64,000 nt of DNA. Source: Cellvibrionaceae bacterium. GTDB lineage: Bacteria; Pseudomonadota; Gammaproteobacteria; Pseudomonadales; Cellvibrionaceae. Positions 36,278 through 44,038 of this stretch are shown one piece after another. The notes under the pieces are model-generated. The model worked only from the letters and a program-made list of their open reading frames with translations, was not told the DNA's origin and did no database searches. Numbering within the stretch: the stretch's first letter is position 1; every line of letters starts with the position of its first letter. The position numbers and the translations under genes were made by a program. The DNA lies in contig JAOXRV010000044.1 of NCBI GenBank assembly GCA_025800435.1, positions 2,152 to 66,151 of the forward strand, given 5' to 3'.

Positions 36278-38272
36278 ATGTCTAAACCCCTGTATTTGAC
36301 TGCGTTGTTATTGGCTAGCCAGGCACAGGCGGTAGATGAAATCTTAGAGTTTGAGCTTCCTTTAGTTGTCAGTGCCAGCCGCATCACCCAAACCGCCCTT
36401 ACCAGCCCTGCGGCTATTACGGTGATCGATAAGCATATGATTGCCGCCAGCCCCTATAACGATATTGCCGACCTCTTGCGCCTGGTGCCGGGTTTTCAGG
36501 TGGCCAAGGCCGATGGCCGAACATTTTCGGTTAACTCTCACGGCGGTGGTTGGGAATACGCCAACCGCATGCAGGTGCTAGTAAATGGCCGCTCGACTTA
36601 TTTGCCCACGCTGTCGGTGGTTGATTGGGATAATTTGGGTGTGCATATTCAGGATATCGAGCGAATTGAAATAGTGCGCGGGCCCAGCGCCTCGGCCTAC
36701 GGCTCCAACTCATTCTCTGCGGCCATCAATATTATTACTAAGGCCGCTGCTATCGATGAGGCCTATAACATCAGCACCCGAGTGGGCAATAACGGCGAGC
36801 GTGAAGTGCTGGGTCGCTATGCTGGCCGCAGCGAGCAAATGGACTACCGCCTGAGCCTGTGGAAGCGACGCAATAATGGCCTGGATAGTTTTCACGACTT
36901 TCGAGACCACAACAACTTCTCTTTTAGTGCTCGTACAGATTTGCGCGAGCGGGGCGAGCTGGATGTCGAGTTCAACCTGTTTAAGGGCAAGACCGGAGCC
37001 GGTGAGTTTGATTTGCTTGAGCGAGTTGACCGGCAGGTGCAAGGGTTTGGGGCCAAGGTTGCCTGGGCGAAAAACGTCAGCGCCAGCGAAGAGCTAAAGC
37101 TACAGCTCTACTATAACTACCGCAATGATGATGACCTGAGCCAAACCATCCCTCTGGCCGACATTTTCGGGGTATCCCAGCAGGTGTTTGAAGCGATTAC
37201 CGGCGCCGATGATGTGGTGTATCGCACTGGCTATAACACCCACCGGGCTCGGCGGCTGGATTTTGAAACCCTATACAGCTGGTTTAAGGACTCTGGCTTT
37301 AAAGCGGTTGCAGGCCTCGGCATACGTCAAGATTTTCTCAAAAGTGTTTCCTACTTCCCTCAAAAAGGCGAGGTAGAGGAAACCAGTTTGCGCGGCTTTG
37401 CCAATGTCCAACAACCCCTGTTAAAGGGGCTGCTGCTCAATGCCGGTGTGCTGTATGAGCTGCCCGGTGATGACAGCGGCCACTGGTCGCCCCGTTTAAG
37501 TCTTAACTGGAGCTTTCAGCCTCAGCAAAGTTTTCGGATGAGTGTGTCTAAGGCCTACCGCATGCCGTCTTTGCTTGAGGCCAACTTTTTTACCGAGACT
37601 CGTTTAAGTAACGGTTTTATAGTGGATAAACGCTATTATACGGATCGGGATATCTCCGCCGAACAACTACTGAGTTACAGTTTGGGCTACCAGGGTAAAT
37701 ACCGAGCCTGGCAGTGGGAGCTCAATTTGTACAAGGAAGAGTACGACCATATGATCGATTATGTGATCGATTATAATATTATGGACCTCGCCCAGGATCA
37801 CGCCTCTCGGGTTGGTAATTACGATAGTTATGACGCCTACGGTGTCGAAGGCGAAGTAATATACCGGCCCCAGCTGGATCAATTTATTCGCCTGCACTTT
37901 AATCGCGGTAAAAGCCTGCAGAAATCACTGCACCGTTTTAACTACAACGGTGTGCCCGAACGTTATCGCTACTACCGCGATCGAGCGCCAGAGAACAGTG
38001 TGGGTCTGCTCGCGGTACACAAGTTTGGTGCCTGGCAGTTTAGCCTCGGCGCTCAGTATATGGGGGCGGTGCACTGGGACGGCTTCGGCGATCGGGTAAA
38101 ATCCTATAGCCGCTACGATGCCAGTGTGCAGCGTTACTGGGCAATCGGTCAGCAGCAACTCAAGCTTAAGCTCGGCGCCCTGAGTTTTGGTGGTCACTAC
38201 CACGAGTTTCATCGTGAGCTGGAAGTAAAACCCGAATACTACCTAAGCCTGTGCTTGAGCGGTCGCGAATGA
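36278..38272 (+). CDS. TonB-dependent outer-membrane receptor (small, 664 aa)
   Basis: Signal peptide ...ASQAQA/VDE, TonB-box-like PLVVSAS, plug motifs (LLRLVPGF, IERIEIVRGPSASAYGSNSFSAAINIITK) and beta-barrel repeats. AAGG Shine-Dalgarno 7 nt upstream. Confidence 0.88.
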   Translation: MSKPLYLTALLLASQAQAVDEILEFELPLVVSASRITQTALTSPAAITVIDKHMIAASPYNDIADLLRLVPGFQVAKADGRTFSVNSHGGGWEYANRMQVLVNGRSTYLPTLSVVDWDNLGVHIQDIERIEIVRGPSASAYGSNSFSAAINIITKAAAIDEAYNISTRVGNNGEREVLGRYAGRSEQMDYRLSLWKRRNNGLDSFHDFRDHNNFSFSARTDLRERGELDVEFNLFKGKTGAGEFDLLERVDRQVQGFGAKVAWAKNVSASEELKLQLYYNYRNDDDLSQTIPLADIFGVSQQVFEAITGADDVVYRTGYNTHRARRLDFETLYSWFKDSGFKAVAGLGIRQDFLKSVSYFPQKGEVEETSLRGFANVQQPLLKGLLLNAGVLYELPGDDSGHWSPRLSLNWSFQPQQSFRMSVSKAYRMPSLLEANFFTETRLSNGFIVDKRYYTDRDISAEQLLSYSLGYQGKYRAWQWELNLYKEEYDHMIDYVIDYNIMDLAQDHASRVGNYDSYDAYGVEGEVIYRPQLDQFIRLHFNRGKSLQKSLHRFNYNGVPERYRYYRDRAPENSVGLLAVHKFGAWQFSLGAQYMGAVHWDGFGDRVKSYSRYDASVQRYWAIGQQQLKLKLGALSFGGHYHEFHRELEVKPEYYLSLCLSGRE

Positions 38273-39201
38273 AACCCTGGTTCTGTGTTTTACTGTTGAG
38301 CTGCAGCGCGCTGCTGCCACAGTGGGTCAGTGCCGATGTCTTGTTGTTATTACCCAATCGCCAGCCCTCCTTTATCAATGCTGCTGAGCTGATAAAAAAG
38401 CAAATGCTGGCCAACGGGGTGCAGGCCGGGCAGGTTAAAATTCGAGATATCGGGCAGGCCGCTGCTTGGGATGAAGACGATTTAATACTGCCCCTGGGGC
38501 CGCTCGCCGCTGGCTTCGTTCAGCGCCAAAGTGTGGCTAACTCGGTGTTGTACACTTTTGTGCAAGAAGCGTTTGTGCGCGAGCTGCCGCGCCAGGGGCT
38601 TGCCAACTGGGCGGCGGTTGTTATTGATCAGCCTCTTGAGCGTATGGTGGTATTGGCCGATGCCCTAAACGAGGGGCGCTATAAAAACAAAATACTGTTA
38701 CTGCATTCATCTGCCAACCAAGCCCTGGCCGAGCAAATTAAACGCCTGCCAACGTTAAAGCACGCCGAGCTGGAAAATATACCCCTGGCGACAACTGGCT
38801 TGGCGGCAGGGCTAGAGAGCCGCTTATACAACGCTGGGCTATTGCTAGCGCCGAGCGACCCAGAGCTGTGGCGCGGTAAAAATGCGCGCTGGCTTTTGTT
38901 GCAAGCCTATAACTATCGCGTGCCGATATTGGCCTACAACCCGGCCCTGATTAAGGCCGGCGCTATGTTGGCGATATATTCAGAAAAACAAGCGATTGCC
39001 AAAGAAAGTGCTCGAATCGCTACCGCTTGGCTGCGCCAGCAGCGTTTTAAGCCAGGCCGTGTGCACTACGCCGAGGCCAGCGTAGCCGTCAACGACAGTA
39101 TTGCCCAGGCATTGCATTTTAATGTTGAAGAGCTGCAGGCACTTATTGAGCGCATTAAAAAGCTCAAGCAGTTTCAGGAGGGGCTAAGCCATGGGCGCTA
39201 G
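38269..39201 (+). CDS. Secreted periplasmic-binding-protein-like protein (PF04392 ABC_sub_bind-like), orphan
   Basis: ATG 38269 overlaps the receptor stop codon (ATGA). Signal peptide MKPWFCVLLLSCSALLPQWVSA. Alternating beta/alpha pattern with ...AYNPALIKAGAMLAIY... and ...VAVNDSIAQALHFNV... resembles the ABC_sub_bind family. This assignment is by eye only. Confidence 0.6.
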   Translation: MKPWFCVLLLSCSALLPQWVSADVLLLLPNRQPSFINAAELIKKQMLANGVQAGQVKIRDIGQAAAWDEDDLILPLGPLAAGFVQRQSVANSVLYTFVQEAFVRELPRQGLANWAAVVIDQPLERMVVLADALNEGRYKNKILLLHSSANQALAEQIKRLPTLKHAELENIPLATTGLAAGLESRLYNAGLLLAPSDPELWRGKNARWLLLQAYNYRVPILAYNPALIKAGAMLAIYSEKQAIAKESARIATAWLRQQRFKPGRVHYAEASVAVNDSIAQALHFNVEELQALIERIKKLKQFQEGLSHGR

Positions 39202-40621
39202 CAGCATTCGCCGCCAATTGTTGAGCCTGGCCTTGATGCCACTGTCGTTAACCATTTTGGCGGTTAGTGTTTTGGCCGTGGTGGCGTCTTTGGAGGATAT
39301 TGAGTCACGCTTAAAGCAGCGCGGCCAAGATATTGGCAAGCAAGCCGTGTTGATGTCGGAGTTTTACTTTTACACCGGAGATCAGCTGCAGCTCAATAAT
39401 GTCGCCGCTATTGTGGCGGGTTTGGAAGGGGTTAGCAGTATTCGCTTTCTAAATGCCCAGGGCGAGGTAATGGTAAAGCGCCGCAATAATGCGGCGGATA
39501 AAGACTTGGATGATCAACATTTGTTTGTGATCCCGATATACAGCAAGGGCATCAGTCTGGATGAGGTCGCGCAGTTGGCGGGTGCGCAAACTGAGCTGAG
39601 CGAAAAACTGGGCAGTATTGAAATCTCGCTATCGAAGGCGGCGTTGACACCGCTGCGTGAGGCCGCCTATATGCGTATTCTGTTGGTGGCCCTAGGGGCA
39701 CTGCTGCTGGGAGTGTTGATGGTGTATTTATTTGGGCGCCGTTTAAGTGCAGCGCTTAGTGAAACCATTGAAGCGGCAAAGTCGGTAAAACGGGGCAATA
39801 TGAATAGCCGCGCGCCGGAAAATGGTGAAGGTGAAATACTGGAGTTTCAAAAAGTATTTAACCGCATGGTGGGCTCGGTGCAGCAGAACGAAGTCCAGCT
39901 GCAAGATCGTATCAATAGCGCCACTCGCTCTTTGAATGAAACCGTGGCAGAGCTTTCCCAAAGCAACCGCGAGTTGGCCGCGACCCGCCAGGCAACCATT
40001 GAACTTGAACGCAGCAAGGCCATCTCGGATGAGCGCGCCCGTATCATGAAAGATATGCACGATGGTATTGGCGGCCAGTTGGTGGCTTCCTTGGCGCTGA
40101 TTGAAAAAGAGCAAAACAGTGAGATTCGCGCGAATATTTCCAGTACCCTGCGCGAGTGCCTGGATGACCTGCGCCTGATTATCTTATCTTTAAATATGCG
40201 CGATAGTACTGTGTCGGCGGTGTTGGCGGATTTTAAGTACCGCGTCCATAAAAAACTGCAAAAACTGGAGATCGAGCTGATCTGGGAGGTCGACGATATT
40301 GCCGACCATATCAGCTTACAGCCCCAGCAGAGCCTGCATTTATTGCGTATTTTACAAGAAGTGTTTACCAACACCTTAAAGCATGCAGGCGCCAGCCAAA
40401 TACACCTAAGGCTTACAAGTGAGCAGGGTAAGGTGCGCTTATCGATTGACGATGATGGAATATTCACGCTGGACGAGGAGCAGCGCGACTGCCACGGCTT
40501 GAATAATATGCAGTGGCGCGCGGCTGAGCTGGGTGGCAATTTAACAGTCGCTTGCAACGAGGCCGGTGGTTGCGCAGTGCGTTTAGACTTTGCAGCTGCC
40601 GATTTATCAGAGGTGCCCTAG
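39191..40621 (+). CDS. Sensor histidine kinase, HisKA_3 (NarX/DesK-type)
   Basis: TM1, a periplasmic loop of about 130 aa, TM2, HAMP, a coiled coil, H-box RIMKDMHDGIGGQL and an HATPase_c domain (LQEVFTNTLKHAG, DDDG). Overlaps the upstream gene by 11 nt. The last five codons lie in the interspersed repeat. Confidence 0.9.
   Translation: MGASSIRRQLLSLALMPLSLTILAVSVLAVVASLEDIESRLKQRGQDIGKQAVLMSEFYFYTGDQLQLNNVAAIVAGLEGVSSIRFLNAQGEVMVKRRNNAADKDLDDQHLFVIPIYSKGISLDEVAQLAGAQTELSEKLGSIEISLSKAALTPLREAAYMRILLVALGALLLGVLMVYLFGRRLSAALSETIEAAKSVKRGNMNSRAPENGEGEILEFQKVFNRMVGSVQQNEVQLQDRINSATRSLNETVAELSQSNRELAATRQATIELERSKAISDERARIMKDMHDGIGGQLVASLALIEKEQNSEIRANISSTLRECLDDLRLIILSLNMRDSTVSAVLADFKYRVHKKLQKLEIELIWEVDDIADHISLQPQQSLHLLRILQEVFTNTLKHAGASQIHLRLTSEQGKVRLSIDDDGIFTLDEEQRDCHGLNNMQWRAAELGGNLTVACNEAGGCAVRLDFAAADLSEVP
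40597..40621 (+). repeat. Copy of short interspersed repeat forming the kinase 3' end
   Basis: GCCGATTTATCAGAGGTGCCCTAG encodes ...DLSEVP*, the same nucleotides that end ppk. Confidence 0.75.
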
Positions 40622-40627
40622 GGTCGG

Positions 40628-40648
40628 GGTATTCAGAGGTGCCCTAAG
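40628..40648 (+). repeat. Tandem second copy of the short interspersed repeat
   Basis: GGTATTCAGAGGTGCCCTAAG, 6 nt after the previous copy, shares GGTATTCAGAGGTGCCCTA with the ppk-end copy. Confidence 0.8.
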
Positions 40649-40705
40649 CATTGATTGGTCGAAGATCGCCAACTGGCAATAGCTGATGCAGCCCCCATGG
40701 AGATA

Positions 40706-41170
40706 TTAAATGGGCTCTGTAATTTGAATAGCCCGAATGCGAGACTCCACCATTTCGACTGCCCGTGATTTCATGGCCTCTGGCATATAGCTACGGTTGA
40801 TTAAATCAATAATTGTTTTCTGGCTGGTCTTTAGCTTGGTAATGAACGTTTGAATAGGTTTTTCTTGCAAGCCAAGTCGCCGCCCTAATTCAAGGAAGTC
40901 AAAGCCGGTGTAATAGCCGTAATGGCTGTAGCTATCAGTAAATTCTTCATCTCCAGCTTCTTGATCGTGCAGCAATCCAAGTGCCTACAATCCCATACCG
41001 GAATCCTCGGCTCTAAAGGCATCGCAAAATAAGCAGTCGTAGTTAGGGCTTAGCTTGTCGTAGAAGCGGCCGCTGTTATCCGGGAGTCGCTGAACACTGA
41101 AATTTTTGAGGTGTAGATCATCGTTGCCGGTGGCATAGGCTAGTATGAGGCTGTAAAAACATCTGTGTTT
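40706..41170 (-). pseudogene. hipA: HipA-family Ser/Thr kinase toxin remnant (N-terminally truncated, in-frame stop)
   Basis: The minus-strand frame reads ...SLILAYATGNDDLHLKNFSVQRLPDNSGRFYDKLSPNYDCLF...GMGL*ALG then LHDQEAG...FLELGRRLGLQEKPIQTFITKLK...LINRSYMPEAMKSRAVEMVESRIRAI. It has the HipA catalytic loop GNxDxHxKNxS and the typical C-terminal tail. A TAG stop sits at 40985-40987. About 300 N-terminal residues are absent. Confidence 0.8.
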
Positions 41171-41228
41171 TAACCCTAATGAGAGGGATCAACGAATACC
41201 ATTCATACAGATGTTTTTACGGTCTCAG

Positions 41229-42911
41229 TTATTTGGCTTTACGATATTTTAATTGACCGTTTTGCTTTTCAATAATTGCCTCTTTAATGCGCTTCACCTT
41301 GTACTTTTCTGTCAACACATTATCGACGCTGATAAATTCTGCTTTGGCCTGCTTGTGGTCTAAGCTCAATTTAACAAAGCCTCGGTGCAGGTTGTCTGTC
41401 CATTCCACCTCTTTGTTGTGTTGGGCCAATAGCTTATCCATATGGGCGGCCTTGTCCCGGTCGTAGTTTTCGAAATCTCCCGGTGAGGTGATGCCGGCAG
41501 TGCCTAATTCTACGCCCATTGGCTCATTGTTTTTATTGTAAAGGCTGTTGGTCCAAAAGCTGTGGCTGTCACCAGTCAGAACTAACAGGTCGTTTATGCC
41601 GCGGCTCTTATTTTGCTGGTAAAAAGCCTCGCGCGCGCCGGGGTAGCCATCCCAGGTATCCAAGTACAGAGGTAAGTCCAGCTCGCCCAGGCGACGGAAC
41701 TGGGCATGCTCATCGGCAACCGGATCGTAGCCCTCGGATTTCTTTTGCCCCAATATGGCGGAGACATCGGGCATATGGGTGCGCGCCATCGGAATTTGGT
41801 TGCCGAGCAAATGCCACTGGCTGTTTTGTACCGCATCGCTGGCAATGGCCTTGCCATAGAAACTTTTCATATGGGCCGATAGCATTTCTCGGCCCGGAGC
41901 GGCAAGTACCTTATCCAAAAAGCGCTGGCGATCCTCGCTTGTGTTAATTTCAGCCAAGTGATCTTTATAGTCTACCTGTAAGCTGCGCCCAGTGTGGCGA
42001 GTCTCTAGGGTGAGCAGACTGGCCAGGTCACCAAACTGAAAGTGACGCCAAAGTTGTTCGCGGCTGCGGCCGGGCCCGGGGTCGCGCACTGGCATCCACT
42101 CATAATAGGCTTGCACCGAAGCATGGCGACGGCTGCCCCAATCGCCCTCTGTTTCGCTCTGGTGATTTTGGGCGCCTTGCATATGGGGGTTATTGGTAGA
42201 CTCGTGATCATCCCAAGTGGGAATCAGCGGATGCGCCGCGTGCATTAGGCGCGAGGCGGGGTCGGCTTTGTATTGGGCGTGGCGTTGACGGTAGTCGGCC
42301 AAGCTGACAATTTCATGGCTGGGCTGGTGGTTTCGGTTGATGGTTTTGCCGGTTTTGCCGCCGTAGCCATCGTGGCCGTATTCATAAATATAGTCGCCCA
42401 GGTGCAAGATAAAATCGATATCTTTATCGGCGGCGATAACCTCATAGGCATTAAAGTAGCCAAATGGGTAGTTAGAACAGGAGGCCACCGCGATACACAA
42501 TTTATCGACCTTGCCCACCGGGGTGGTGCGGCTGCGGCCGGGTTCGGAGTAAACCCCCTGATATTCAAAGCGATAGTAATAAACCTGGCCGGGTTTGAGG
42601 CCTTGTGGCTCCACTTTAACGCAGTAGTCGCGGCTGGCATCGGTGTTGGCCTGGCCCTGCTGTACAATTGTTTGAAAATTATCGTCTGCAGCCAACTGCC
42701 AGTTAACTTGGGCGCTGTTGTCGCTGCTACTAATACGCGTCCACAGTAATACACTGTGTGGGCCCGGCTCGCCGCTGGCAATGCCGTGTTGAAACACAGC
42801 TTGTACTTTAGGGTCGCTGCTGGCGGCGATAACTTTGGCCGCAAAACTACCGGCGCCAATACCGGCTAGGGAGGCCTTGAGTAGGCGTCGACGAGATAGT
42901 TCTAAATTCAT
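41229..42911 (-). CDS. phoD: Alkaline phosphatase D family (PhoD), Tat-exported
   Basis: Twin-arginine signal LSRRRLLKASLAGIGAG and PhoD metallophosphatase motifs HLGDYIYEYG, PTWDDHE and VLTGDSHSFW. Confidence 0.9.
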   Translation of the reverse strand: MNLELSRRRLLKASLAGIGAGSFAAKVIAASSDPKVQAVFQHGIASGEPGPHSVLLWTRISSSDNSAQVNWQLAADDNFQTIVQQGQANTDASRDYCVKVEPQGLKPGQVYYYRFEYQGVYSEPGRSRTTPVGKVDKLCIAVASCSNYPFGYFNAYEVIAADKDIDFILHLGDYIYEYGHDGYGGKTGKTINRNHQPSHEIVSLADYRQRHAQYKADPASRLMHAAHPLIPTWDDHESTNNPHMQGAQNHQSETEGDWGSRRHASVQAYYEWMPVRDPGPGRSREQLWRHFQFGDLASLLTLETRHTGRSLQVDYKDHLAEINTSEDRQRFLDKVLAAPGREMLSAHMKSFYGKAIASDAVQNSQWHLLGNQIPMARTHMPDVSAILGQKKSEGYDPVADEHAQFRRLGELDLPLYLDTWDGYPGAREAFYQQNKSRGINDLLVLTGDSHSFWTNSLYNKNNEPMGVELGTAGITSPGDFENYDRDKAAHMDKLLAQHNKEVEWTDNLHRGFVKLSLDHKQAKAEFISVDNVLTEKYKVKRIKEAIIEKQNGQLKYRKAK

Positions 42912-43969
42912 AATGGGCTCCTGTTATTAGGCACGCTCAGTGCGGAGAAAGGATACTGTTGCCGGGCCAAAACCTGGCCGGTTTCGGACTTTAGGCCAAA
43001 CTGCAATTGTTGGCCCTGCCAGTCGATATCGATAAAGCCGTAGTTGACCTTGCTGAAGGCTTTGCCCTGGCGATGTTTATTGGGGCTGATCTGCTTCCAT
43101 TCTTCGCTCAGGCCCGAGCTGGTTATCTCCCACAGTGGGTAGCTGTGTTGAAGGCGGCTGATCTCGCCCCAGTGGGTATCACCGCTGATAAACAGCACGC
43201 CTTCAATTTTTTGCTCGGCAATAAAATCTAATAGCCGCTGGCGGTCGCCAGGGTAGTTGGCCCAGCTTTCCCAACCGGTAAATTCCGGTAACAGTTGTAA
43301 GCTGCTGGCAATAATTTTTAGCTTGGCGGGTTTTTTTAATTCTTGTTGCAGCCACTGCCATTGCTTTTGTCCCAGCATTGAGGCGCTGGCGTCAGCTGGT
43401 CGATAGGGGCCCATATCTTTTCTGGCCCTATATAGCCAGTTCCAAAGGCCATTAACCTTGGGCAGCGGGTCACGGTTCCAGCGCAGATCGGGCAATATAA
43501 TATGCACACTCTGCTCGCCCTCGCCAAAAAAATAGGCGGTGTAGTTGCCATCGCTGCGCTGGCGGCGGGGTGAGTTGCTGGGCTCCCCAAAGAAGTCCAG
43601 CATAATCTGTTTGGACTCCGCTTTTTTGGGGTATTCGGCGCCGGCGTCGTTTTCGCCGTAGTCATGGTCGTCCCAAATGGCTATTAGCTGGCTCTGTTGG
43701 CGCAGGGTTTGAAAGCGCGGCTTGGCGCCGAGTTTTTGATACTTGGCCGCCAGCTCCTTCATATCTTCGGTATCGCCGTAAATATTATCGCCCAGCATAA
43801 TAAATAGATCGGGGTGTTCGGCATTAATGGCATCGAGAATGGCAAGCTCGCTGTCCTGGTGTGAGCAGGAGCCAAACAAGATTCGCTTTGGCAGCTCGGC
43901 GCTACTGTGCTCAGCGGCGGCGATGCAAAGCAATAATACGCAGTATGTCAAAAATTTAGCGGTGGACAA
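42908..43969 (-). CDS. PhoD-like metallophosphatase (short form), Sec-exported
   Basis: Motifs ILFGSCSHQD, MLGDNIYGD, WDDHDYGENDAG and ISGDTHWGE. Start re-picked at TTG 43969 (GGAGG 7 nt upstream), giving the signal peptide MSTAKFLTYCVLLLCIAAA. The longer ORF to 44008 would begin inside a strong hairpin. Its stop codon overlaps the phoD start (ATGA). Confidence 0.8.
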   Translation of the reverse strand: MSTAKFLTYCVLLLCIAAAEHSSAELPKRILFGSCSHQDSELAILDAINAEHPDLFIMLGDNIYGDTEDMKELAAKYQKLGAKPRFQTLRQQSQLIAIWDDHDYGENDAGAEYPKKAESKQIMLDFFGEPSNSPRRQRSDGNYTAYFFGEGEQSVHIILPDLRWNRDPLPKVNGLWNWLYRARKDMGPYRPADASASMLGQKQWQWLQQELKKPAKLKIIASSLQLLPEFTGWESWANYPGDRQRLLDFIAEQKIEGVLFISGDTHWGEISRLQHSYPLWEITSSGLSEEWKQISPNKHRQGKAFSKVNYGFIDIDWQGQQLQFGLKSETGQVLARQQYPFSALSVPNNRSPL

Positions 43970-43981
43970 TGTAAAGCCTCC

Positions 43982-44020
43982 AAAAACACTAAAACCCCAC
44001 AGCGGCAAACCGCTGTGGGG
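43982..44020 (-). terminator. Intrinsic terminator / attenuator hairpin between the receptor and phosphatase genes
   Basis: On the minus strand, CCCCACAGCGG-TTTG-CCGCTGTGGGG (perfect 11-bp stem) is followed by TTTTAGTGTTTTT. Confidence 0.7.
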
Positions 44021-44038
44021 TTGTTGGCCGGGCCCGGT

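Noticed and set aside
39847-40557. 236-aa minus-strand ORF opposite the HisKA_3 kinase
   Set aside because: Same reasoning. The plus strand carries clear H-box and HATPase motifs, while the antisense translation is low complexity.
40597-40648. Possible CRISPR array or tandem-repeat locus after the kinase
   Set aside because: There are only two repeat units, 6 nt apart, with no spacers and no cas genes. The same unit is dispersed singly elsewhere, so it is an interspersed REP-like repeat.
42245-42859. 204-aa minus-strand alternative-frame ORF within phoD
   Set aside because: It is in a different frame of the same strand as the well-supported PhoD gene. Its Ala/Thr/Pro-rich translation has no motifs, so it is an overlap artefact.
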